Positions 22,800-32,440 of a stretch of DNA of 64,000 nucleotides are shown in pieces. The notes under the pieces were generated by a model. The model saw only the letters and a program-made list of their open reading frames with translations. It was not told the origin of the DNA and ran no database searches. Numbering within the stretch: position 1 is the stretch's first letter; each line of letters begins with the position of its first letter. The translations under genes and the position numbers were made by a program. This DNA is from an uncultured Acidobacteriota bacterium (GTDB lineage Bacteria > Acidobacteriota > Thermoanaerobaculia > Multivoradales > UBA5704), in assembly GCA_963700145.1 (NCBI GenBank), contig OY969474.1, positions 3,744,001 to 3,808,000 on the forward strand. The letters are read 5' to 3'.

Positions 22800-23144
22800 C
22801 TAGAGGGGCAGGAAGAGCAGCGAATCGACGAAGTCCTCCGGCTCTCCTGCGTTCGCTACCAGCTCCAGTCCCTCCACGCAGCGGCCGATCGGCAGCTTCT
22901 GTGAGGCGTAAATCACCCCGGTAAAGCGCACGCCGACGCGCTGTCGTCGCCGGGCTTCGATGACCAGATCTCTGTCGGTCGAGAACAGGACTCGGCCCAG
23001 CGACGTTGCCCTGTCGAGCAGCTCAGAGTCGCTCAACCGGTGCGCCCGGTCCTCGAAAGCGGTGAGTAGATCGACCCCGCGGAGCCGGAGGCCCTGGGTC
23101 ACGGCGCGGTTGACGTTGTGATTGAAGTAGAGGCTGACCGGCAA
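22800..23144 (-). CDS. DUF5615 PIN-like toxin
   Basis: YFNHNV...LRLRGVDLLT, SDSELL, GRVLFSTDRDL; downstream of a DUF433 gene. Confidence 0.82.
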   Translation of the reverse strand: MPVSLYFNHNVNRAVTQGLRLRGVDLLTAFEDRAHRLSDSELLDRATSLGRVLFSTDRDLVIEARRRQRVGVRFTGVIYASQKLPIGRCVEGLELVANAGEPEDFVDSLLFLPL

Positions 23145-23146
23145 GG

Positions 23147-23464
23147 TCAGATCTGCCCCTGCGCTCGCAGCTTGCCGATGAGAGGGTGTTCTCCGACTTC
23201 GCGCCGGATCTCTTCGACCTGTGCCTCACGCCGCTCGAGGTTCGCCTCGATCTCTTCCTGGTGGTCCCAGTAGTACGCGAGCGCCGAATGCACCTGCCCT
23301 AGCGTCAGGTGCGGATGCTGGTACGCCAGCTCCTCGGGGCTCCAGCCGTGCACCTGGACCTCCTCGACGAGCTCGAACACCTTGGTGTTGGCGCCCTCGA
23401 TCCAGGCAACCCCCTCTTCGTCCAAGACGATGTGCTCGTACGTTGTGCGCGTGGCGGCGATCAT
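23147..23464 (-). CDS. DUF433 antitoxin
   Basis: IEGANTKV...GWSPEEL...HLTLGQVHSALAYY. Confidence 0.88.
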   Translation of the reverse strand: MIAATRTTYEHIVLDEEGVAWIEGANTKVFELVEEVQVHGWSPEELAYQHPHLTLGQVHSALAYYWDHQEEIEANLERREAQVEEIRREVGEHPLIGKLRAQGQI

Positions 23465-23484
23465 GACGCGATCTCAACCGGATC

Positions 23485-24030
23485 TTACCTCTCCAGCCGG
23501 TACGCCCCCCCGTCCTTGGCGACGTCGAAGTCCCCCGAGCGCCCGCGCGGGATCGACAGCGACCGCCAGCCCGCGCCCGCGAAGTGCTTGGCCAAAAAGA
23601 CGATCTGGCCGACGTGGTAGGCGTAGTGGGAGAGCTGGCGCTGGATGGCTTCGACGACGGTGTGGGGCTCGCCGCGGATGGTGACGGAGCGGTCCAGATC
23701 CTCGGGGGCGAGCGCGGCGATGGCGTCGAGGGTGACCGTCCAGCCTTCGTCCCAGCGCCGGCCGACGCTCGCGCGCGTCTCGTCGGGCTCGTCCTCGAAC
23801 TCCAGGTCGCGCCCGCGCCAGGGCTTTTCGCCGTCGCTGGTCAGGAAGTCGGTCCAGCGCGAGCGCATGTTGCCGGCCATGTGCTTGACGACCAGCGCGA
23901 TGCTGTTGGCCTCCGGGTCGAGGCGGCGGAAGAGCGCCGCGTCGTCCACCTGCGCCATCGCCGCCTCGCCCAGCCCCTTGAGCTTGCGGAGCTGGCGCAG
24001 GACGTCGTCGAGGTAGTGCTTACCGTCCAT
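23485..24030 (-). CDS. DUF1572 / DinB-superfamily protein
   Basis: NSIALVVKHMAGNMRSRWTDFLTSDGEK, HYAYHVGQIV; GGAGG RBS before ATG 24030. Confidence 0.88.
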   Translation of the reverse strand: MDGKHYLDDVLRQLRKLKGLGEAAMAQVDDAALFRRLDPEANSIALVVKHMAGNMRSRWTDFLTSDGEKPWRGRDLEFEDEPDETRASVGRRWDEGWTVTLDAIAALAPEDLDRSVTIRGEPHTVVEAIQRQLSHYAYHVGQIVFLAKHFAGAGWRSLSIPRGRSGDFDVAKDGGAYRLER

Positions 24031-24096
24031 CGTCGGGTCCTCCCGGGCGGAGGATAGCGAAGCCGGGCCGCGCCGCACCCGCTAAGCTTCGCGGCC

Positions 24097-25035
24097 ATGA
24101 GCGTCATCGAGGTCGAGGAGCTGGCGAAGGTCTATCGGGCGGGGAAGGGCGACCCGGTGCGGGCGCTCGACGGCGTCTCCTTCGCGGTGCCCGCGGGGCA
24201 GATCTTCGGCCTCCTGGGCCCGAACGGCGCCGGCAAGTCGACGCTCATCAAGTGCCTGACGACGATCACCGCGCCCACCTCGGGGCGCGCGGCGGTGGGC
24301 GGCTTCGACGTCGTCCGCCGCCCGCTCGACGTGCGCCGCCAGATCGCCGTGGTGCTGCAGCAGGCGGCGGTCGAGACCATGCTCAACGTCGAGGACAACC
24401 TCCTCGTCTACGCCTACCTGCACGGCATCGGCCGCCGCGAGGCGCGCGCTCGCCTGCGCGCCATCGTCGAGGAGTTCGATCTGGGCGACATCCTCGCCGA
24501 GACCGTCCAGGACCTGAGCATCGGCACCAAGCGGCGCGTCCAGGTGGCGAAGATCTTCATGGTCGACGCGCCGGTCGTCTTCCTCGACGAGGCGACGACC
24601 GGCATGGACCCGCTGATGAAGCGGCGGGTCATGGAGCGCATCCGCGCCGAGGCGCGCGCCGGCCGCACGGTTCTCATCACGACGCAGATCCTGAGCGAGG
24701 CCGAGCAGCTCTGCGACACGATCATGATCATCGACCACGGCAGGAAGCTCGCGGCCGGGACGCTGCCGGAGCTGCGGCGGCTCGCCGAGCAGCTCTTCCG
24801 CGTCAGCCTCACCTTCGCCGAGATGAACGACGAGTTGGCGGCCCGCCTCGCCGGCCTCGAGGCGGTGGAGATGACGATCGACGGCCGGCAGGTCGAGCTG
24901 GTCTTCCGCGGCGAGGAGGCGGCGCTTCTGGAGCGCCTCGCCGACATCGCGCGCGTCGTCCCGATCACCGGCTTCGAGGTCCGCGGCGCCGATCTCGAGC
25001 AGGTCTTCGTGGCGCTCGTCGAGGAGAAGCGGTGA
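24097..25035 (+). CDS. ABC transporter ATP-binding protein (DrrA-like)
   Basis: Walker A GPNGAGKST; Walker B FLDEATTG. Confidence 0.92.
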   Translation: MSVIEVEELAKVYRAGKGDPVRALDGVSFAVPAGQIFGLLGPNGAGKSTLIKCLTTITAPTSGRAAVGGFDVVRRPLDVRRQIAVVLQQAAVETMLNVEDNLLVYAYLHGIGRREARARLRAIVEEFDLGDILAETVQDLSIGTKRRVQVAKIFMVDAPVVFLDEATTGMDPLMKRRVMERIRAEARAGRTVLITTQILSEAEQLCDTIMIIDHGRKLAAGTLPELRRLAEQLFRVSLTFAEMNDELAARLAGLEAVEMTIDGRQVELVFRGEEAALLERLADIARVVPITGFEVRGADLEQVFVALVEEKR

Positions 25036-25793
25036 ACGCCGTCGCCGCGGTCTTCTACCGCGACTTCCGGCAGCGCATCACCAACGTCGCGTGGCTGTTC
25101 TGGGACCTCTTCGTCCCGGTCGCCTACCTGGTGCTCTTCGGCACCGGGTTCGAGCGCGCCTTCGCCGGCAGCTTCGTCGTCGGCGGCGAGAGCGTGGGCT
25201 ACGTCGCGTTCCTACTCCCCGGGGTGATCGCGATGACCAGCTTCGGCGTGGCGATGAACACTTCGTGGGGCTTCTTCATGGACAAGGACTCCGGGATCTT
25301 CTACGAGCTCCTGACCTACCCGATCACCCGCGAGCAGCTGCTGATCGGCAAGATCTGCTTCAACGTGCTGCTCGCCGCGAGCGGGACGCTGCTGGTCATC
25401 GCGGTCGGCGTCCTGGCGCTGGGGGTCGAGGTGCGCTGGGGCGCGCTGCCCCTCACCTTCCTCGCCCTCGCGGTGACCACCGCCGGCTGGTTCTTCCTGT
25501 TCAGCATCGTCGCGGTGCGGATGCGCCGGCTGGACACTTTCAACACGGTCACCAGCGCCGCCTACATCGTCCTGATGTTCATCAGCACGATGTTCTACCC
25601 CTTGGAGCAGCAGCCATCCTGGTTCCGCGGCGCGGCACGGTTCAACCCGATGACCTGGCAGGTGGACGTCCTGCGCCACACCCTGCTCGGCGTCGGCGCC
25701 GCCGCCACGGTGCTCCTCGAAGCCCTGGCGTTCGGCGCCTTCACCGTCCTCTGCCTCTACTTCGCCGTGCGCGCCCTTAACCGAGCGGCGTGA
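25032..25793 (+). CDS. ABC-2 type permease
   Basis: GTGA overlap with the ATPase; multiple TM segments; FLLPG, FISTMFYP, NPMTWQV. Confidence 0.9.
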   Translation: MNAVAAVFYRDFRQRITNVAWLFWDLFVPVAYLVLFGTGFERAFAGSFVVGGESVGYVAFLLPGVIAMTSFGVAMNTSWGFFMDKDSGIFYELLTYPITREQLLIGKICFNVLLAASGTLLVIAVGVLALGVEVRWGALPLTFLALAVTTAGWFFLFSIVAVRMRRLDTFNTVTSAAYIVLMFISTMFYPLEQQPSWFRGAARFNPMTWQVDVLRHTLLGVGAAATVLLEALAFGAFTVLCLYFAVRALNRAA

Positions 25794-25799
25794 GCCGCC

Positions 25800-26606
25800 C
25801 TATGAAGACGCCGGCGTGAAGTGCGCCGCCATCCAGTCTCTCCACGCCGGCTGCTCGCGGGCGGCGACCTCCTGCGCTCCATCGCCGTAGAGGTAGGCGT
25901 GGAAGTAGGTCATCACCCCGGGGCAGGCGAAGACGCTGACCAGGGCGATGCCGGGCGCCGGCGTGTCGGTGCGCAGCACGAGCTTGTGCTCGTCCGCCTG
26001 CTCGACGACGCCGGCGAGCGGCGGGACGTCCGCGGCGGTCGCCGCGAACCGCTCGCCCGGGGCCGCGCCGGCCAGACCGAGCGCGCCGCGCAGCGCCGTC
26101 CAGGCCTCGTCGAGGGGCAGGGAGCTGCCGCCGGAGACCGAGATCGAGGCGCAGCGCTGGCCGGGGAAGTGGGTCAGGTAGAGCTTCAGGATCTGCAGGT
26201 AGGACGCCCAGCCGGTCTTCATGCTGTCGAGCTGGTCGTCCCAGTCGGACCGGTCGGTGAAGAGGCTGGTGACCAGCCGCACGACGCAGATGCCGCCGCC
26301 GCGGGCCTCGACGAGGTGCTCGGTGGCGAGCGGCGGCGCGCCCGGCATCCAGTTCTCCGCTTCGAAGACGACCCGGCGGGGCGGGTCCCACACCTTGACG
26401 GTCCCCTTGGCGTCCATCTCCGGCCCCTCGCCGAAGTGGGAGACGGACTCGCCCCCCTCGCGCTCCTCGACCTCGGTGGGCACGAACCAGGCGGTGATGC
26501 CGGGGCCGGTGGCGATCGCCTGCCAGACCTCCTCGGGGGTGCCGGGGACCTCGACCTCGACGGCGACGGAGCGCATCGCGGGCGCTGCTTCCTTGACGGT
26601 GGTCAT
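25800..26606 (-). CDS. SRPBCC/START domain protein
   Basis: VEVPGTPEEVWQAIATGPGITAWF, VWDPPRRVVF, GWASYLQIL. Confidence 0.85.
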   Translation of the reverse strand: MTTVKEAAPAMRSVAVEVEVPGTPEEVWQAIATGPGITAWFVPTEVEEREGGESVSHFGEGPEMDAKGTVKVWDPPRRVVFEAENWMPGAPPLATEHLVEARGGGICVVRLVTSLFTDRSDWDDQLDSMKTGWASYLQILKLYLTHFPGQRCASISVSGGSSLPLDEAWTALRGALGLAGAAPGERFAATAADVPPLAGVVEQADEHKLVLRTDTPAPGIALVSVFACPGVMTYFHAYLYGDGAQEVAAREQPAWRDWMAAHFTPASS

Positions 26607-27205
26607 GACGTCTCCTTCGGTTCGGACGGGTTGGGTAAAGGGTGAGCGGCCACCATGAGGCGGTGCCGGCGCCCGCCGGGCGCCGCGGCGTCGTGGTAGC
26701 GCGCGACGAGCTTGGTGACGGCCGCCGCCAGCTCCTCGGTGAAGGCGGCGCGGTCGGCCGCCGAGCGGAAGCGGACCTCGGCGTCGAGCGCCAGGGTCGG
26801 CAGGCGCTTGCCCGCCGCGTCGGCCCGGCGCACCAGGGCCCCGACCTCGCGCACGATGCGGGCGGCCAGGGCGACGAGGTAGCGGGCCGAGAGGCGGTCG
26901 GCGATCCGGCCGGGGTCGGTGGCCGAGTCGCCGAGCGCGGCGGGGGAGACGACGTAGGAGGCGGCGGTGGCGACCAGGACCCGCTCGGTCAGCCCGCCCC
27001 AGCGGCGCTCCTCGGCGACGTGGACGAGGCCGTGGGCCTCGAGCGCGTGCAGGTGGTAGTTGACCTTCTGGCGCGCCAGCCCCACCCGCGCGGCGAGGGT
27101 GGACGCCGACCCCGGCTCGGCCAGCGCGGCGAGCAGCCGGGACCGCACGGGGTCCAAAGCCACCACCGCGGCGGCCGGATCCTCGATGACTTCGACGGCG
27201 AGCAT
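26603..27205 (-). CDS. ArsR-like winged-helix transcriptional regulator
   Basis: DPVRSRLLAAL.EPGSASTLA..VGLARQKVNYHLHALE. Confidence 0.88.
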   Translation of the reverse strand: MLAVEVIEDPAAAVVALDPVRSRLLAALAEPGSASTLAARVGLARQKVNYHLHALEAHGLVHVAEERRWGGLTERVLVATAASYVVSPAALGDSATDPGRIADRLSARYLVALAARIVREVGALVRRADAAGKRLPTLALDAEVRFRSAADRAAFTEELAAAVTKLVARYHDAAAPGGRRHRLMVAAHPLPNPSEPKETS

Positions 27206-27211
27206 GCGGGG

Positions 27212-27240
27212 ATTCCACCATTGACAAACATTCTTGTCAA
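27212..27240 (-). promoter_or_regulatory. Sigma70-type leaderless promoter overlapped by a palindromic operator
   Basis: TTGACA-N17-TGGAAT-N6-ATG; perfect inverted repeat TTGACAA-N6-TTGTCAA at 27221-27240. Confidence 0.7.
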
Positions 27241-27265
27241 GGGGGGACGATCCCCTAGGAGGGGC

Positions 27266-28027
27266 CTAGATCTCGTACGTCTTGCCCTGCTCCAGGTAGT
27301 CGAGGTCCGGGTTCTTCAGGGCCCGGACCTCCTCGCGGATGTGGTCGATGCAGGCAGGCTTGAGGTGGTGGAGGAGGACCGGGACCTTGCGCTCGAGCTT
27401 GCGCAGCTCGGCGGCCATGGTCTGGGGGGTGAGGTGGAAGGAGACGTCGGCCACCTCCTGGAGGGCGTTGTCGAAGCTAGTGTCGAGGCAGAGGGCCTTC
27501 AGGTTCTCGGTGCGGTTGGCGATCTCCCAGAGGCGGCTGGTGGGGCCGGTGTCGGAGGACCAGAGGAGGGCGGTGTCCCCCTCCTCGATGAGGAAGCCGT
27601 AGGTCGGCACCAGATGGTCGACGTTGAAGGGGGTGAAGGTCACGCCTTCGACGACCAGCGGCACCTCCTCGGCCATCTCGTGGAAGCGCACCACCGGCAG
27701 CAGGTGGTTGGGCAGGCGGGTGAAGTCGGGCCAGGTGGCGTTGTTGAAGAGGTACTTCCTGATGGCGTAGATCGTCGCCGGCGAGGCGTGGATGTCGGCC
27801 GCCTGCTCGCGTCGGCCGTAGACGTTCTCGATGAAGAACGGGAGCGAGTTGATGTGGTCCATGTGGGAGTGCGACAGGAGGATCGTGCGCACTCCCACCT
27901 GCTGCTCGATGGGCAGGGCCGAGGAGAGAGAGCCCGCGTCAAGGGCGATCGTGCCGTTGACGAGCAGGCACGTCATCCGGCAGTCGGCGCTCTCCCCCCC
28001 GTAGCTCCCCAGCACCTGGAGGTGCAT
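27266..28027 (-). CDS. Class II cyclic-nucleotide phosphodiesterase-like MBL protein
   Basis: LGSYGG, LDAGS, SHSHMDH, LFNNATWPDF, SSDTGP, HLTP, HHLKP. Confidence 0.82.
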   Translation of the reverse strand: MHLQVLGSYGGESADCRMTCLLVNGTIALDAGSLSSALPIEQQVGVRTILLSHSHMDHINSLPFFIENVYGRREQAADIHASPATIYAIRKYLFNNATWPDFTRLPNHLLPVVRFHEMAEEVPLVVEGVTFTPFNVDHLVPTYGFLIEEGDTALLWSSDTGPTSRLWEIANRTENLKALCLDTSFDNALQEVADVSFHLTPQTMAAELRKLERKVPVLLHHLKPACIDHIREEVRALKNPDLDYLEQGKTYEI

Positions 28028-28048
28028 AGATAGAACACATTCTATCCC

Positions 28049-30970
28049 TTAGAACCGGCTGCCGATCCAGAAGCTGGTGGCGAAGCCGTCGGCGGACTCC
28101 GCGAAGTCCCAGCGTTTGGCGAAGTCCCAGTTGAGGTCGAGCCCGAAGAGCCGCGCCGTCACCCCGAAGCCGTAGGAGGAGACGCCGTCCTGCAGGCGCG
28201 TCTCCTCGTCGGCGAGGAGGTGGAAGGACTGGAAGTCGCGGAACCAGGCGCCGCCGACGTCGAGGAAGAGCACGCCGCGGATCTGCTGGAAGTCGATGAG
28301 CGGCGTCGCCAGAATGTCGACGAGAGGGAAGCGGTACTCGACGTTGGCGAAGAAGCCCGTGTCGCCCACCAGGCCGCGGAAGGGGACGCCGCGCACCGTG
28401 TCGAGGCCCCCGAAGTAGACCACGTTGGGGTTGTTGCCGTCGCTCGCGCCGACGAAGCCGCGCAGCGCGATGTTGCTGCGCTGGGTCACCGCGAAGTACT
28501 GGCGGATGTCGAGGTCGGCGCTGGTGGCGAGGGTGCCGCTCTCCTCGATGTCGGGGGCGTAGAAGAGGTCGAGCCGCCAGCGCCGCCCGCCGATCGGTCC
28601 CCAGGGCGCGAAGAGGGCGGAGTCGCCGACCAGCGCCCCGGTCAGCAGCGGGGCCTGGTCGTCGACCTCCACCACGTCGACGAAGAACTCGCCGGTCTCC
28701 GGGTCGATGGTCACCGCCGGCCGCAGGAACTCGCGCATCAGGTAGCCGGTGCCGAGCTCGGCGCGGGTGTAGAAGGTGAAGGGGTAGAGGACCGAGGCGA
28801 TGAGGCCGGTCTGCTTGAAGATGGTGCGGCCGCGGAAGCTCTGGCCGATCGGGTCCTCGATGAAGAAGAAGGTGCGGTCGTCGAAGAGGTGCACCTGCCA
28901 CTGCCAGCGGCGCGACAGGTCCATGTAGACGAGGTCGAAGTTGGAGAAGCTGTCGATCGAGTCGAAGGCGGCGAGGATGCGGCGGTCGCCCAAGTAGTCG
29001 GAGAAGGTCAGCAGCACCCGCCCGACGACCGTCTGGTCGTCCTCGACGCCGACGTAGCTCTCGGCGTCCTCGAGGAAGAACTTGAACCCCTTGTAGTCGC
29101 CCTTGTTGGCGTCGTCGATCGCCACCTGGATGTCGGGCTCGAAGACCGGCAGGTCCTGGGCGATGACCGGCTCGACCGCCATCTCGACGGTCGTCGGGTC
29201 CTCGACCGGCTGGTCGGTGTCGCGGACGTAGAGGTCGAAGCGCCCCTTGTAGTAGCCGGTGTAGACCAGCCCCTCCTCGCCTTCGGTGCGGGCGAGGACG
29301 GTGGGCATGAAGGCGCCGGTGACGACGTCGGTCCACTGCTTGAGCTCGCCGCTCTGGAGGTCGAGGCTGAAGATGTTGTCGGCGCCGCGCTGGTCGGAGG
29401 TGAAGTAGACCCGCCGCCCGTCCGGGGAGTAGACCGGGTCGTTCTCGTTCGAGTCGCCGGTGGTGAGCTGGAAGCGGCGGGTGGGGTCGGCCAGGTCGAC
29501 GCGGAAGAGCTTCGCATAGCCGTTGCCGACGACCGAGACGAAGACCAGCGAGCGGCCGTCGGGCGAGTAGTCGGGGGCGCCGTCGAAGACGTCGTCGTTG
29601 GTGACCTGGGACAGCTGGCCGCTCTCGAGGTCGAGCTGGAAGAGGTCGAACTGTCCGCCCTTCCAGCCGCCGAAGGCGACCTTCTTGCCGTCCGGGCTCC
29701 AGGTCGGCGCGGTCTGCTGCTCGATGCCCTCGATCGGGAAGGAGCGGGCGATGCCGCCGCGCAGCACGTCGATGAGCAGCAGGTCGCGCCCCTTCTCGCG
29801 CTTGGCGAAGACGGCGATGGTGTTGCCGTCGGGGGCGAAGTCGAGGTCGCGCCCCATCTTGCGCCCGAGCTCCAGCTCCTGCGCCACCAGGTACTGGTAG
29901 TCGTTGCTGAAGCCGGTGGTCAGGTTGCGCAGCAGGCGCCGCTTGCGGGCATCGAAGAGGACGACGTCGACGTCGCCCTTGTAGGAGCTGAAGGCGGCGA
30001 CCAGGTCGCCCGACGGCGAGGCGGTCGGCGAGATCTCCTGGCTCGCCACCTCCTGCTCGAGGCGGAAGAGGCGGCCGAAGTCGGCGGGCTCGCCGGTCTC
30101 GACGAGCAGCGGCAGGTACTCCTTGCGCAGCCAGCGGCGGAACTCGGCGTCGAACTCCTCGGCGTCCATCTTGAAGGCGCGCTCGACGGCGCGGTCGACG
30201 CGCGAGCCGATGGTGTTGCGCAGCTCGTAGATGAAGTCCTGGAACCCCTCCTTGCCCCAGCGCTCCTCCATGAAGTCGAAGACGGAGTGGCCGAAGCGGT
30301 AGGCGAAGAAGCCGCCGAAGTTCTGGGTCACCGACGGGATGCGGTCGTTGACCACGGCGTCGCGCAGGAACATCTTGTCGCGCTGCTGCTCGTCCTTGGC
30401 CATGTAGCTCGCCATCCCCTCCATCGCCCAGATCGGCGGCGCGGTGGCGACGGCCTTGGTGAGGTTGCCCTGGAAGAGCATGTGGTACTGGAAGATGTGG
30501 GTCAGCTCGTGGAGCACCAGCTCCATCAGCTCGGCGTCGGGCAGGTCGACGGGCAGCACCATGCGGAAGCGCGCCGGCGTCGCGAAGGCGCCGATCCCCT
30601 CGGGGATGAAGTTGAGGATGATGTTGTTCTGCTCGAACTGCGAGTGGGTGGCGTAGAAGATGAGCGGCACCGGGTCCTGGATCTGGTGGTCGAACTCGCG
30701 CGACAGCAGGTCGTAGGCGCTCTCGGCGAAGGAGACCACCTTCTGCAGCAACGGCTCGGTCTGCTCGTAGTAGTGGACGTTGAAGTGCGGCGAATGGTAG
30801 ATCCGCCAGTCGAACTCCCGGTACTGGATCTTGTTCTTGCCGAAGCCGGTGCCGCGGTACTGCGGCCCGAAGCTGGAGAACTGCGCCGCGGCGGGCGCGG
30901 CGAGGAGAAGTGGCAGGACGAGAAGCGCCGCGAGGCTTGGGAAAACGGGTCTGCCGAATCTACCGGACAA
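28049..30970 (-). CDS. Outer-membrane protein: zincin peptidase + PD40/TolB propeller + BamA-like beta-barrel
   Basis: Signal peptide; FGKNKIQY; HELTH...EGMA; SPDG repeats; FGGLDTVRG; C-terminal Phe. Confidence 0.85.
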   Translation of the reverse strand: MSGRFGRPVFPSLAALLVLPLLLAAPAAAQFSSFGPQYRGTGFGKNKIQYREFDWRIYHSPHFNVHYYEQTEPLLQKVVSFAESAYDLLSREFDHQIQDPVPLIFYATHSQFEQNNIILNFIPEGIGAFATPARFRMVLPVDLPDAELMELVLHELTHIFQYHMLFQGNLTKAVATAPPIWAMEGMASYMAKDEQQRDKMFLRDAVVNDRIPSVTQNFGGFFAYRFGHSVFDFMEERWGKEGFQDFIYELRNTIGSRVDRAVERAFKMDAEEFDAEFRRWLRKEYLPLLVETGEPADFGRLFRLEQEVASQEISPTASPSGDLVAAFSSYKGDVDVVLFDARKRRLLRNLTTGFSNDYQYLVAQELELGRKMGRDLDFAPDGNTIAVFAKREKGRDLLLIDVLRGGIARSFPIEGIEQQTAPTWSPDGKKVAFGGWKGGQFDLFQLDLESGQLSQVTNDDVFDGAPDYSPDGRSLVFVSVVGNGYAKLFRVDLADPTRRFQLTTGDSNENDPVYSPDGRRVYFTSDQRGADNIFSLDLQSGELKQWTDVVTGAFMPTVLARTEGEEGLVYTGYYKGRFDLYVRDTDQPVEDPTTVEMAVEPVIAQDLPVFEPDIQVAIDDANKGDYKGFKFFLEDAESYVGVEDDQTVVGRVLLTFSDYLGDRRILAAFDSIDSFSNFDLVYMDLSRRWQWQVHLFDDRTFFFIEDPIGQSFRGRTIFKQTGLIASVLYPFTFYTRAELGTGYLMREFLRPAVTIDPETGEFFVDVVEVDDQAPLLTGALVGDSALFAPWGPIGGRRWRLDLFYAPDIEESGTLATSADLDIRQYFAVTQRSNIALRGFVGASDGNNPNVVYFGGLDTVRGVPFRGLVGDTGFFANVEYRFPLVDILATPLIDFQQIRGVLFLDVGGAWFRDFQSFHLLADEETRLQDGVSSYGFGVTARLFGLDLNWDFAKRWDFAESADGFATSFWIGSRF

Positions 30971-30990
30971 CGAAGTCCTCCTTTCCGGCG

Positions 30991-31698
30991 CTACTGCGTG
31001 AACAAGGTGCGGCTGGCCTCCACCTCTTTCTGCGTGAAGACCCCGAGGATGCGGTCCTCCAGCGAGAAGAGGTTCTCGAACATGCCGAGCAGGGGATCGG
31101 CCCTCTCCCCCTCGAAGCTCTGGAAGTCCTTGAAGTTGTCCTGGTAGACGAGCTCGCCGGTCCGGCCGTCGTAGACGTGCATCAGGATGTCGTACTCGAA
31201 GCCGGTCTGCTCGACGAGCACCTGGCGGTAGTAGGTGCGGCCGTTGAAGGGCGAGACGTACTCCTCGGTGCGGTAGCCGGTGCGGTCCTGGATGTCGAAG
31301 TCGAGGCCGCCGGCGAGGATCAGGTCGGCCTGGGCCTTCTCGCCGAGGGCGCGCCAGAAGTCCTTCTGCTTGCCGAGCTGCTCGAAGTCGAGAGTGGGGT
31401 AGTCGACCGGGCCGGGCTCGACGACCTCGAGCTCGGTCTCCCGCCGCAGCACCTTGAGCAGGTAGCGCTCGAACTCCTTCTGCACGTCGATGTTCCGCCC
31501 CTGCAGGCGCTCCTCCCCCTCCCCCTCCTGGGTGATGACGACGAACGGCGCGACGGCGATCGTGCGCACCCCCTGGAGGTCGAGGCGGGCGCGCTGCGGG
31601 AGCTTGAGCTTCACCTCGACCGAGGCGGCGCGCGCGGGGAGCGCACCGGCGGCGGCGAGGAGGAGGGCGGAGAGTGCGATGACGGCTTGGCGATGCAT
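30991..31698 (-). CDS. Secreted/periplasmic hypothetical protein
   Basis: Signal peptide MHRQAVIALSALLLAAAGALPARA; GGAGG RBS; operon position. Confidence 0.75.
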   Translation of the reverse strand: MHRQAVIALSALLLAAAGALPARAASVEVKLKLPQRARLDLQGVRTIAVAPFVVITQEGEGEERLQGRNIDVQKEFERYLLKVLRRETELEVVEPGPVDYPTLDFEQLGKQKDFWRALGEKAQADLILAGGLDFDIQDRTGYRTEEYVSPFNGRTYYRQVLVEQTGFEYDILMHVYDGRTGELVYQDNFKDFQSFEGERADPLLGMFENLFSLEDRILGVFTQKEVEASRTLFTQ

Positions 31699-31733
31699 CG
31701 AAGGGGACCTCCTGGAGGACGGTAGCGTCCTCT

Positions 31734-32282
31734 CTAGGCGTTGCGCGGTGCGGGCGGCGGGGCCGGCGGCTCGTCCTCGGGCTCCTGCGGCCGGGCCTCG
31801 GGAGTGGCCGCCGGGATGTGGGGCGGCGCCGCCGGGGGCGCGCTGGGGACCGGGTCCAGCGATTCCGGCGGCGGCGCCTCCGCGGGGGCGGCCGGCGCCG
31901 GCGCCGTCCCCTCGGGCGCGCCCGGCTTCGGCTTGAAGGCCTGGTAGAACTCGACGAAGCGGGCGTAGTTGCCGCGCGCCTCGCGGCTGTCCGGGGCGGC
32001 GCGCAGCGCCTTCTGGTAGTACTCGAGGGCCTTGTCGAACTGCCCGTTGGCCTCGTAAGCCACCGCCAGGTTGTTGTAGACGCGCGGGTTGCCCGGGTCC
32101 AGCCGCTCGGCCTGGTGGAAGCGGAAGAGCGCCTCCTGCCAGAGGCCGCGGCGCGCCATGTCGACCCCGAACTGGAGCTGCGCGGCGGTGGTGTTGGGGT
32201 TGGGGTGGCCGCTGCAGGCGGCGGAGGAGAGGCTGAGGGCGAGGACGAAGACGGCGGTGCAGACGGGCTGGCGCGGTGTCAT
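31734..32282 (-). CDS. TPR-repeat lipoprotein with Pro-rich tail
   Basis: Lipobox-like SAAC; VYNNLAVAYEANGQFDKALEYYQKAL. Confidence 0.8.
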   Translation of the reverse strand: MTPRQPVCTAVFVLALSLSSAACSGHPNPNTTAAQLQFGVDMARRGLWQEALFRFHQAERLDPGNPRVYNNLAVAYEANGQFDKALEYYQKALRAAPDSREARGNYARFVEFYQAFKPKPGAPEGTAPAPAAPAEAPPPESLDPVPSAPPAAPPHIPAATPEARPQEPEDEPPAPPPAPRNA

Positions 32283-32440
32283 CGGATGGCCGGTCTCCGC
32301 GGGGAGCGCGAAGTATATACGAGCGCCTGCGGGGGTCTCGGCCGGCCCTTCCTGCACGTCCGGTGCCGGCTGTCGGCCGCCGTCGCTGCAATGTTGGATG
32401 CGGCATTTTCCGTCTTCCTTCGCGGAGCCGGAAAAAAACG

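Noticed and set aside
24097-25035. ABC ATPase with degenerate signature (LSIGT) and Gln in the H-loop (TTQ)
   Set aside because: TTQ and variant signatures occur in DrrA-like exporter ATPases; Walker A and B are intact
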